From the NCBI RefSeq assembly GCF_018977255.1, contig NW_024704742.1, forward strand, positions 57,662,001-57,726,000: a DNA stretch of 64,000 nt, given 5' to 3'. Positions 52,912-63,106 of this stretch are shown piece by piece. The stretch comes from Callorhinchus milii. Taxonomy: Eukaryota. A program made the position numbers and the translations under genes. Numbering within the stretch: the stretch's first letter is position 1; every line of letters starts with the position of its first letter. The notes under the pieces were generated by a model, which saw only the letters and a list, made by a program, of their open reading frames with translations, did not search any database and had not been told where the DNA came from.

Positions 52912-53264
52912 AGTCCTGTAGCTCAGTGGAGTCCTGTAGCTCAGTGGTTAGAGCACTCGCTTTGCAAGTGAGAGACCTGGATTCAATTCCAGGCAGAGGG
53001 CGAAACCTTGGGCAAGTTTCCTTACTCCACACAGAGCCTAATAATAATCCCTCCAAAACCAAACAAAAACAATAATAAATTGGTCATTTTCAATCCATGA
53101 CTGTTTGTGGGACATTGCTGTGCGCAATTGGCTGCCGCGTTCGCCCACAAATATACAGTCAATTCACTTTACAGTGTGTTCTGTGAAGCGCTTTGAGACG
53201 TCCTCCCGACGTGAAAAGCGCTATATCAAATGCAAGGATTATTATTATTATTATTATTATTATT
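52912..53264 (+). mobile_element. Young SINE, full length with duplicated 5' end, nested in a minus-strand Deu-type SINE (about 52798-53540)
   Basis: AGTCCTGTAGCTCAGTGG occurs twice in tandem, followed by the full body and (TTA)n. Confidence 0.9.
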
Positions 53265-54809
53265 AGTCAGTTTGCGCACAGCAATGCCCAACAAACAGCC
53301 ATGGAGTGAGTGACCAATTTTACGTAGGGGATTGTTGTCCATGGGATCTTTAATGTCCACCTGAACAGGCAGATGGGACCTCAGTTTAATTTCTCATCTG
53401 AAGAGCAGCACCTCTGGCAAAGCAACATCCCAGCACTCTATTGGAGTGTCATCTTAGACTATGTGATTCCAAGTCCCAATATGAGCTTGAACTCACAACC
53501 TTCGGACTTAGAGGGGAGAGTGCTACCATTAAGACAGAAAGTTAAAACATCTGAGGCCTATTTTAAAATTTACCATAACCTACAAATTTACGATGTTAGT
53601 ATTTACCAAATGCAAGGATTCTCCTTATTATTATATATAACAAGCACTGCTTTTCCACTGCAAATTCAATATGAATATTTTTTTTGCGACTGGATTTTAA
53701 AGCACCATCTGAATAAACACATTATTTAACATTTATATTTACTTCTTCATTGGGGCTGATAACACAGCACACGATCATCTCCATTAAAATAAAACATGCA
53801 CTTACAAGCGCAATGAACTGCTTGTCATTTAGAATATAGAATGCTGCATCACAGATAGACCATCCGGCCTATCGAGTTTGCACTGGTATTTTTGTCTATA
53901 AAACACACGGTCTAATCCCATTTGGATCCTTATGCAGTATTTCTTCTACAATTTAAGACAATTTTTGGAGTACATAAAGCTAAGACTATTTATTGGCCAC
54001 CTTGTTACTATTTGTGACATTATGCAAGTATATGCTGGGGAATATGTATTCAATAACCTAATCACATAGTACATTCCCATATTTTAACTCTAACTGAGAT
54101 ATACTGTAGTAAAAGTAGGATTAATATTACTGATTGCAAGATATCTGAACAGCAACAACAAAATTACATTTGTATTGCGCCTTTCATGTCGGGAGGACGA
54201 CCCAAGGCGCTGAACAATAATCTGCCTTTATTGTAATCCAGTCTACGTTTCCAGATCTTTATACAGTAAATACTGTTTGATCTGCAACTCTACACCAAAA
54301 ATGAAATGTTCATGAAACAAACCCAACCGATCAGCACCTGTCAAAAACATGTACATGTTCTTTGCCTTCAGGTACAGCATCTACAAATATCAATGTTCTC
54401 AGCTGTTCCTACTGCACACATCTGGGCATTTTAATCACATAAACATGTGTCTGGGGAATATGCATTCAGTATTCTAACCACGAAGCATATTCCCACGTTT
54501 TAACGATAACTGTGCTAATAGTGCACCCCCCCACTCACTCTCACACACACACACCAGGTAACTGGACTTTCCAACCAACATCAAGTCCGGCTTAAACGTT
54601 TGCCACTCCTGTAACCGAACAGTTAGTTGCAACGCAGCGCACACACACACGGGGGGGGGGGGGGTGGGGGGTGCGGGGGGACAGCAGCGGCCGCGGGCGT
54701 GTGTGAATGCAACTTAAAATTGCAGACGACAACAACAACAACACATTTCTACGTGGAAATACAATTTTTGGATTAAAAGAAAAATAGCGACCCTCCCAAA
54801 GTCAGAGTT

Positions 54810-55413
54810 AACACACCCAACACACACACACCCAACACACACACACACCCAACACACACACACACCCAACACACACACACCCAACACACACACACACCCA
54901 ACACACACACACACCCAACACACACACACACCCAACACACACACACACCCAACACACACACACACCCAACACACACACACACCCAACACACACACACACC
55001 CAACACACACACACACACCCAACACACACACACACCCAACACACACACACACCCAACACACACACACACCCAACACACACACACCCAACACACACACACC
55101 CACCCAACACCCACACACACCCAACACGCCTCCACCACACACACCCAACACGCCTCCACCACACACACCCAACACGCCTCCACCACACACACCCAACACA
55201 CACACACACCCAACACACACACACACCCAACACACACACACACCAACACACACACACACACCCAACACACACACACACACCCAACACACACACACACACC
55301 CAACACACACACCCAACACCCAACACACACACCCAACACCCAACACACACACCCAACACACACACACACCCAACACACACACCCAACACACACACACCCA
55401 ACACACACACACC

Positions 55414-55446
<33 letters not shown>
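54810..55446. repeat. Compound microsatellite [CCCAA(CA)n] array followed by (GA)n
   Basis: Direct reading; three internal CACGCCTCCACCAC variant units near 55125-55190. Confidence 0.97.
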
Positions 55447-55668
55447 TAACTGCAGTGTGCGACCCAACCCCATCCATTCCAGATTCCCGAGTCTGTTTCA
55501 ATGCAAAACCGAGAGAGAGAGAGAGAGAGAAAACAGCTTCAGCGGCTTTTTGAAATTGCGCGGATATTGCGGTCGGCGCCGCGACTCAACATCGCAGCGA
55601 AACCGCGGGACCGACCGACCGACCTCCCGCACCGGTCAAGTCGCAAAGGAAACTGCAGCCACAGACCG

Positions 55669-56153
55669 CCCGGGGGGACCCCCCCCCCTCCCCACCCACC
55701 CCCGGGGGGGAACCCCTCCCTCCCACCCACCCCGGGGGGAACCCCACCCCTCCCCACCCACCCCCGGGGGGAACCCCCCCCTCCCCACCCACCCCCGGGG
55801 GGAACCCCCACCCACCCCCGGGGGGAACCCCACCCACCCCCGGGGGGGAACCCCCCCTCCCCACCCACCCCCGGGGGGGAACCCCACCCACCCCCGGGGG
55901 GGAACCCCACCCCTCCCCACCCACCCCGGGGGGGGAACCCCTCCCCACCCACCCCCGGGGGGGAACCCCACCCCTCCCCACCCACCCCCGGGGGGAACCC
56001 CACCCCTCCCCACCCACCCCGGGGGGAACCCCACCCCTCCCCACCCACCCCCGGGGGGGAACCCCACCCACCCCCGGAGGGGAACCCCACCCCTCCCCAC
56101 CCACCCCCGGGGGGGAACCCCACCCCTCCCCACCCACCCCCGGAGGGGGGGGG
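55669..56153. repeat. GC-rich minisatellite of about 16 variable-length units (GGGGGGAACCCCACCCCTCCCCACCCACCCCC)
   Basis: Direct reading. G-rich on the minus (STOX2 sense) strand; starts about 56 nt into the intron. Confidence 0.95.
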
Positions 56154-56209
56154 CAGTGGTCGCAGTGTCCGGGGCGGTGAGCGAGGCTGTGCGCGTGGCT
56201 CAGACTGAC

Positions 56210-56549
56210 CGAGGTACTTGATGCCGAAGCTCTCGGGGGCTCTGAGCGACCTCCTGGTCCACGCTTCCCTGAGGGTTTCCAGGTGCGCCTCCTTGCCCTG
56301 GATGAGGAGGACGTGCTCGTCGATCCAGCCCAGGAAAAAAGCCTCGGAGATGGCGTCCGTCACTCGCTTGTTCCAGAAGTGCTGCATGTTTGCGGCTTTG
56401 AAGTCCGCAAAGATCTCGTGGCCCGAGTGCTGTCCGCGCCGGAGCCGCTCGGCCGTCCCGGTGGCACCCGCACCCGCACCCGTGCGGGTCAGCACGACAG
56501 CCAGAGAGTGGGGGGCGATCTGCAGAAACTTGTCCGTCTTCTGCGGCAT
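56210..56549 (-). CDS. STOX2: Storkhead-box protein 2 (STOX2), first coding exon of the long N-terminal isoform (113 codons + 1 nt)
   Basis: Translates MPQKTDKFLQIAPHSLAVVL...GHEIFADFKAANMQHFWNKRVTDAISEAFFLGWIDEHVLLIQGKEAHLETLREAWTRRSLRAPESFGIKYL-G. This matches from memory the vertebrate STOX2 long N-terminus (KFLQIAPHSLAIVL...EIFADFKAENMQHFWNK...FFLGWIDEQVLLIQGKEEHL) and, more distantly, STOX1 exon 1. ATG at 56549-56547 has G at -3. Donor CTC G|GTCAGT at 56210/56209 is phase 1, as needed to form the Gly of the following 'GDV' exon. Confidence 0.9.
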
Positions 56550-57020
56550 TGCTCGGGCTCCGCTGCTCTGCGGCAGAGACGCCACCGACCGCTGTGCGCC
56601 ACAGAGCGGCCGCACTCCGTGTGCGGTCAGTGTCCCGGAGTGTGAATCCCGCGGCATCAACCAATCAACCAATCAATCAATCAATTAATTAATTAATTCC
56701 CCGCAACACAACCCGATAAACGCATTCACACGAGCGGTGGGAGAGCGGTGTCTCCGCTTCGGTGCAATTGAATTCTCTAACGGCATTAACGCAAAGCGAT
56801 CAATACGCACCGAAAGTTCACTCGGCGTCTCGGTCTCAGGTAAAATCCCTTCACTGGCGATGGATGCGACCCCCGGCCCCGGCCCCGGGTTACTCGCTAA
56901 GCGCCTCCCCCTCGCTCCGCGGCGTCGAGGTTGGGGCAGGGATTTTGCAACTATCTCCTGGTGCAAATGATAACATTGCAGAGCGGCGCCGACCTCCTCC
57001 ACAGGTGCTGTACCCTCATC

Positions 57021-57024
<4 letters not shown>

Positions 57025-57052
<28 letters not shown>
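57025..57052. repeat. (CT)n microsatellite
   Basis: Direct reading. Confidence 0.9.
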
Positions 57053-57053
<1 letters not shown>

Positions 57054-57231
57054 CCCCACACCCCACTCCCCGCCTTGTGTGGACCTGACCCTCACGGTGC
57101 AACCTCACAGCCAGTTTCTGACTCTAATTGCACATCCTCCCTCCACAACCCGCTTTGCGCTCGTCCTGACGGGGAGACTGAGCCCGGGTCAGGCTGCAGC
57201 TCTCGCTGCTGACCAGCGGCACAGCCCCGGG

Positions 57232-59068
57232 ACACAGGTGTGCTCAGGTGAGCCAGCGAGCATGCGCGGGTGGGCACAGGTGTGCTCAGGTGAGACAGCG
57301 AGCATGCGCGGGTGGGCACAGGTGTGCTCAGGTGAGCCAGCGAGCATGCGCGGGTGGGCACAGGTGTGCTCAGGTGAGCCAGCGAGCATGCGCGGGTGGG
57401 CACAGGTGTGCTCAGGTGAGCCAGCGAGCATGCGCAGGTGGGCACAGGTGTGCTCAGGTGAGCCAGCGAGCATGCGCGGGTGGGCACAGGTGTGCTCAGG
57501 TGAGACAGCGAGCATGCGCGGGTGGGCACAGGTGTGCTCAGGTGAGCCAGCGAGCATGCGCGGGTGGGCACAGGTGTGCTCAGGTGAGACAGCGAGCATG
57601 CGCGGGTGGGCACAGGTGTGCTCAGGTGAGCCAGCGAGCATGCGCGGGTGGGCACAGGTGTGCTCAGGTGAGACAGCGAGCATGCGCGGGTGGGCACAGG
57701 TGTGCTCAGGTGAGCCAGCGAGCATGCGCGGGTGGGCACAGGTGTGCTCAGGTGAGACAGCGAGCATGCGCGGGTGGGCACAGGTGTGCTCAGGTGAGCC
57801 AGCGAGCATGCGCGGGTGGGCACAGGTGTGCTCAGGTGAGACAGCGAGCATGCGCGGGTGGGCACAGGTGTGCTCAGGTGAGCCAGCGAGCATGCGCGGG
57901 TGGGCACAGGTGTGCTCAGGTGAGCCAGCGAGCATGCGCGGGTGGGCACAGGTGTGCTCAGGTGAGCCAGCGAGCATGCGCGGGTGGGCACAGGTGTGCT
58001 CAGGTGAGACAGCGAGCATGCGCGGGTGGGCACAGGTGTGCTCAGGTGAGCCAGCGAGCATGCGCGGGTGGGCACAGGTGTGCTCAGGTGAGACAGCGAG
58101 CATGCGCGGGTGGGCACAGGTGTGCTCAGGTGAGCCAGCGAGCATGCGCGGGTGGGCACAGGTGTGCTCAGGTGAGACAGCGAGCATGCGCGGGTGGGCA
58201 CAGGTGTGCTCAGGTGAGCCAGCGAGCATGCGCGGGTGGGCACAGGTGTGCTCAGGTGAGACAGCGAGCATGCGCGGGTGGGCACAGGTGTGCTCAGGTG
58301 AGACAGCGAGCATGCGCGGGTGGGCACAGGTGTGCTCAGGTGAGACAGCGAGCATGCGCGGGTGGGCACAGGTGTGCTCAGGTGAGCCAGCGAGCATGCG
58401 CGGGTGGGCACAGGTGTGCTCAGGTGAGCCAGCGAGCATGCGCGGGTGGGCACAGGTGTGCTCAGGTGAGACAGCGAGCATGCGCGGGTGGGCACAGGTG
58501 TGCTCAGGTGAGCCAGCGAGCATGCGCGGGTGGGCACAGGTGTGCTCAGGTGAGACAGCGAGCATGCGCGGGTGGGCACAGTTGTGCTCAGGTGAGCCAG
58601 CGAGCATGCGCGGGTGGGCACAGGTGTGCTCAGGTGAGCCAGCGAGCATGCGCGGGTGGGCTCAGGTGTGCTCAGGTGAGACAGCGAGCATGCGCGGGTG
58701 GGCACAGGTGTGCTCAGGTGAGACAGCGAGCATGCGCGGGTGGGCACAGGTGTGCTCAGGTGAGCCAGCGAGCATGCGCGGGTGGGCACAGGTGTGCTCA
58801 GGTGAGCCAGCGAGCATGCGCGGGTGGGCACAGGTGTGCTCAGGTGAGACAGCGAGCATGCGCGGGTGGGCACAGGTGTGCTCAGGTGAGACAGCGAGCA
58901 TGCGCGGGTGGGCACAGGTGTGCTCAGGTGAGCCAGCGAGCATGCGCGGGTGGGCACAGGTGTGCTCAGGTGAGACAGTGAGCATGCGCGGGTGGGCACA
59001 GGTGTGCTCAGGTGAGACAGCGAGCATGCGCGGGTGGGCACAGGTGTGCTCAGGTGAGACAGCGAGCA
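57232..59068. repeat. 42-bp minisatellite, 43 full units plus 1 partial
   Basis: Unit CAGGTGTGCTCAGGTGAG(C/A)CAGCGAGCATGCGCGGGTGGGCA; counted from the 14-aa period in ORF 57079-59088. Confidence 0.98.
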
Positions 59069-59279
59069 CGTGCACTCAGGTGGGATAGCAGGCAATGCAG
59101 GCGCGCTCAGGTCAATGGCAGGCAAAAGCAAAACACCCGCATGTGCATTCAGGTGAGCGGCAGATGAGAGCGAGCACGCAAAGACCCTCAGGTGACTGGC
59201 AGGTGAGAGAGGGCAGACGTGCGAGGGTGGGCTCAGGTGAGTGGCTGGTGAGAGAATAGCACAAACATGTGCGTTAATT

Positions 59280-60200
59280 TTTGGGGAGGGTCAGCCGGGT
59301 GTCTGACACCGTGAGGAAACCCATCACCGTGCTTAAGAGTATCCAAACCAAGTTGAGAGTTCCATGCATCCCACTTACATTTGAAAATCCCAGAGGTAGA
59401 TTGTTGCAATGGAATGCGCACTGTAAGAATTTGGCTTAAAATCATTATTTTAATATCTCAATTTGTATAATAGAATTGATAAGAGACATTTTGGTTGATC
59501 TTAAGGTATGCGAGGGAGAGTTCCTTTCCAAGTCTTCTGGTTTTAGGTTCTGTGCCACATTTGATATGGATATGATATGGATTTGATATGTTGTTCCTTT
59601 CCTTATTTGGAAGATTGAGGTCTATCTGTAATGTGTGATATCCCTTGGATAGGACATTGTCCTGATTAATTTGAACTCTTGGTGGTCTGGTTGGGAGAAG
59701 ATTTTATGACTTCAAGGTGTCAATTAAAACAATTAACTGGAGACGAGAAATTTTCACATTTATTATTGGAGGCTTGGAGAGGGAACTCCCAAATTCCTAA
59801 GATTAAACCTGGATAACCTATGGGGTACCCTGAGTAAGGAAATGTGATTGGATGAACCCAGTCTGGGGATACGATTGGCTATTCAAACTTTGGATTTGAT
59901 CGGACAAAACAACCTTTCAATTCCACTTTTGGTTGTAAGGGTCACATGAGCTAAATTGGGACATAAATGAAAGAGGTAACTTTGGAATTATTGCAGTTGT
60001 GTGAAGGGTCAGCGCACTTCCCAGTGGAATCAATATTGATTCTACTGCATCTATGGTCTCAGTTTTAGGAATAAATTAAGCTATTTATATTACTTAATAA
60101 ACCTTGGATTATTACACAACCGTATTGGTTGACTCCATCTGAAACTCTTACAACACTTTCTCCCTGGAGGGACGCAACCTGATTACCCAATTCTGGAACC
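59280..60200 (-). repeat. Unclassified interspersed repeat (copy D), split by the solo LTR
   Basis: 59280-59421 and 60153-60200 join into the sequence seen intact at 30340-30390 and 39490-39545. Confidence 0.75.
59422..60152 (+). mobile_element. Solo LTR (731 bp), Gypsy- or ERV-type
   Basis: Termini TGTAAGA...TCTTACA. 4-bp flanks GCAC/ACAC form an imperfect TSD. AATAAA at about 60070 and 60096 sets the orientation. Cleanly interrupts another repeat. Confidence 0.8.
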
Positions 60201-61824
60201 TTCAGGGGTGAGAGTGGTTCCAACTAAGCCGGATGCACACAGTATAAATACACAGAGTGAGATCCACTCTGAATGCTGCCTTAAACTTCTTGGGTAGCCC
60301 CAAGGAGGTTAACAATGCAGTCTAATTTTCAAGTTGTATAAAGTATGCAAATGCACATGTAATTTCCAGCCTTTTGAGAAGGATTCCAGAATTAGTAGTG
60401 ATTTATTCATTGCTTGCTAGTTAAACAATTCAAGGCACTTGTAATTCCCTCTGTTCCCAAGTAAACAGCTTATACCCTATTATTGATGAGGCAGTGGGAT
60501 AATTTCAATAAACAAATAGGAAAGTTAAAAGTTAACCAGCTTGCACAGAGCTTTGATTGTATTCAGAGACAAATGCAGTCAGCAGCAAAATTCCAAATTG
60601 TTAGTCATTATTATTGGCGCAGCATATGAAACAAGTAACTCAACTACCAAATACTGTATTGCTGAAGAAGCAGTGCAGTTCTGGTGTTGATTACTTTCCC
60701 AGAATAAAGTAATTTTCTCCAAATTCATAATTCTTTTATTTAAAAAAGAGTGTATTGCAGCTGAATCCAGACAGCTGTCGAAAAATACTAACATTTTCAA
60801 GAAAGATTTCTCAATAGTGGTGTTGACAATTGTTGTTACCCGGATGCTCACCTTATCCTATCTTACTAGATATTTTATTGTTTTTAGAGATTAAAAATTA
60901 ATTTTCTTGTAGTTTTCTTTATTCCATAAGTTACCTTGATTAAAGAGAACAAGAATGAGGATGGACTTTTCAGACTATCAATTATTGCTTATTAGTAGGT
61001 TGACATATGGGAGTTTTGCTGCAAATGGATAGCAAGTTTATAATTCTAGCAAGTTTTTACTTTTCTTCTTCATGCAAATCCAACCAACTTTACTGCACAA
61101 ACTAGCAGTAAAAGCAATCATCACTGGTTCAGTGCAGTGCTTGTAGTAGAATGATGTAGACTACATTAGGAGGAACTCTGGCCCTTCACAAGATTTACTG
61201 TAAAACGTAGTGTGTATGTATTTTATAAGCAAATGCCAATTTACATATAGCAAATGTCCTATTGACCAGCCAATCGTGATTAAGTTTTTCAAGCAGTGGC
61301 CCACCAAAACACTTGCACCAGTCCAGACAAGTTCATGCCAAGTTTCCAGTAGCTACCGAGCCGAGATACTCCAAGGCACGGCCATAGATGGAGAAAAATT
61401 AAATAAAGAAAAATGAATTTGGTTGGCGACCAATGTGTTATGAGTACAACCAAGCCGAACTTGATACATGTTAGTTACATTCAGATTCATGCTTCAAGGG
61501 TAGCTATTCAAGAGGGCAGGACATGCCGTTTTCACCTACCTCCTAAGTCTGGGGTACTGAGTGAGACTGAGCAGAAGTTACCTGCAGAATTGTAGAATCC
61601 TGCAACTGCTACGTTAGTCTCCAGCAGTACCCCAATACACACTCTGGGGTCTCCAAGCCTTGGCTCTTGCCAACCTGCGCCTACAACAACAACAACAAAA
61701 TTACATTTGTATAGCGCCTTTCACATCGGAAGGACGGCCCAAGGCGCTGGACAGTTAGAGTTTCGGAACCAAGCTGGGGGTCGGGATTGGGGAAGGTGGA
61801 AGACGGGGGGGGAAGCAGAATGAT

Positions 61825-62179
61825 TGTGTTCAAATCCATTCACTCCCTGGCACCTTCCTACCTCTCCGACCTCCTCATTCCCCAGTCCATCACAGGGCAC
61901 CTCCGCTCAAAAGCACTGGTCTCCTGCTCGTCCCTCGCACATTCCGCTCCACCATCAGCGGTCATGGTTTCAGCCACTATGCCCCAAAACTCTGCAACAC
62001 ACTCCCTCAATCCCCCGCCTTGGCCCCATGCCCCTCTTCTAAATCCTGCCTGAAAAATTTCCTGTTCGAATTTGCTTATGGCCACCTCCTCCTTCCCCCT
62101 GGCTCGGAGTCAGGCTCTGCCACTGTTACGCGCTACCCTGTATGGAGGATGCTATATAAGCGCAAGTTGTTGTTGTTGT
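61825..62179 (+). mobile_element. L2 LINE 3' fragment of another subfamily, nested in reverse orientation
   Basis: VFKSIHSLAPSYLSDLL remnant and (TTG)n tail. The host reads GAT|...|GATCAAAAGC across it. Confidence 0.85.
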
Positions 62180-62793
62180 AGATCAAAAGCACAGTCGAAG
62201 AGGAGGGTTTTGAGATGGGTCTTGAAGGAGGCAAGGGAGGAGGCAATGTAGAGGGATGGCGGATTGGCATTCCAGATGGTGGGACCAGAGTGGCAGAAGG
62301 CCCGCCCGCCAATAGGGGTCAAGTGACGTGAAGCAGGGCAGAGCCCGCTGAGCGGAGGAAGTGAGCAGGATGGTAGTGGGTTAGGAGGTCGCAGAGGTAA
62401 CAGGGAGCAAGACTGTGGAAGGCTTTGAAGATGAGGACCAGGATCTTGAACTGTATCTTCTGTATTGGGAAGCCATTGGAGGCGGGCGAGGATGGGGGTG
62501 ATAGTCATGGAGTCTGGTGCGGGAGAGGACGTGAGATGCAGAATTCTGGATGATCTGCAGCCTATGGAGGGAGGAGTTGGTGAGGCCGACAAGCAATGAG
62601 TTTGGATAGTCAAGCCTCGATGTAATGAAAGCATGTTTGAGAGTTTCGGCGGCCCTGCGGTGTGAGACAGTTTCGGAGCTGAGCAGTGTTGTGGAGGTGA
62701 GGGAAGGCAGAGCGGGTCATGGCACAGATGTGGGGTAGAAAGGATAATTGAGGGTCAAACAAGACACCAAGGTTCCGGACTGGCTTAGTAAGG

Positions 62794-63106
62794 TGTAGCT
62801 CAGTGGTTAGAGCACTCGCTTTGCAAGCGAGAGACCTGAGTTCAATTCCAGGCAGGGCGAAACCTTGGGCAAGTTTCCTTACTCCACACGCCTAATAATA
62901 ATCCCCCCAAACCAAAAACAATAATAAATTGGTCATTTTCAATCCACGACTGTTTGTGGGACATTGCTGTGCGCAATTGGCTGCCGCGTTCGCCCACAAA
63001 TATACAGTCAGTTCACTTTACAGTATATTCTGTGAAGCGCTTTGGGACGTCCTCCCGACGTGAAAAGCGCTATATCAAATGCAAGGATTATTATTATTAT
63101 TATTAT
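62794..63106 (+). mobile_element. Young tRNA-Ala-derived SINE inserted in L2
   Basis: A box TAGCTCAGTGG, anticodon arm CTCGC-TTTGCAA-GCGAG (TGC, Ala), B box and (TTA)n tail. Confidence 0.92.

Larger units (their letters stand above)
1..56209 (-). other. Probable intron 1 of STOX2 (continues past the window start)
   Basis: Begins at the GT donor 56209-56208. No GDVSPISM/winged-helix exon is visible in the ORF track or by eye. Content is almost all interspersed repeats. Confidence 0.65.
55540..57235. promoter_or_regulatory. CpG island / promoter region of the STOX2 first exon
   Basis: Abrupt switch from AT-rich, CpG-poor DNA to GC-rich, CpG-dense DNA around the exon. Two AACCAATCA (CCAAT-box) motifs at about 56659-56675, 110-125 bp upstream of the ATG. 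Confidence 0.75.

Noticed and set aside
54714..55501. Cys/Val-rich ORFs
   Set aside because: Translations of the (TG)n microsatellite.
55457..56221. Pro/His/Gly-rich plus-strand ORFs
   Set aside because: Translations of the C-rich minisatellite, antisense to STOX2.
56210..56549. Assignment to STOX1
   Set aside because: Homologous to STOX1 exon 1, but the motifs KFLQIAPHSL, MQHFWNK and FFLGWIDE match my recollection of STOX2. A BLAST or synteny check would settle it.
57232..59068. CRISPR-like array
   Set aside because: Units are contiguous with no unique spacers, there are no cas genes, and the context is eukaryotic.
57079..59131. Long ORFs of 486-679 aa on both strands
   Set aside because: Products of a 42-bp (multiple of 3) tandem repeat lacking stops in several frames; no recognisable domain, and open on both strands.
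62794..62855. tRNA-Ala(TGC) gene
   Set aside because: A/B boxes and the anticodon arm are present, but there is no proper acceptor stem or T-run terminator, and it continues into the SINE body in all copies.
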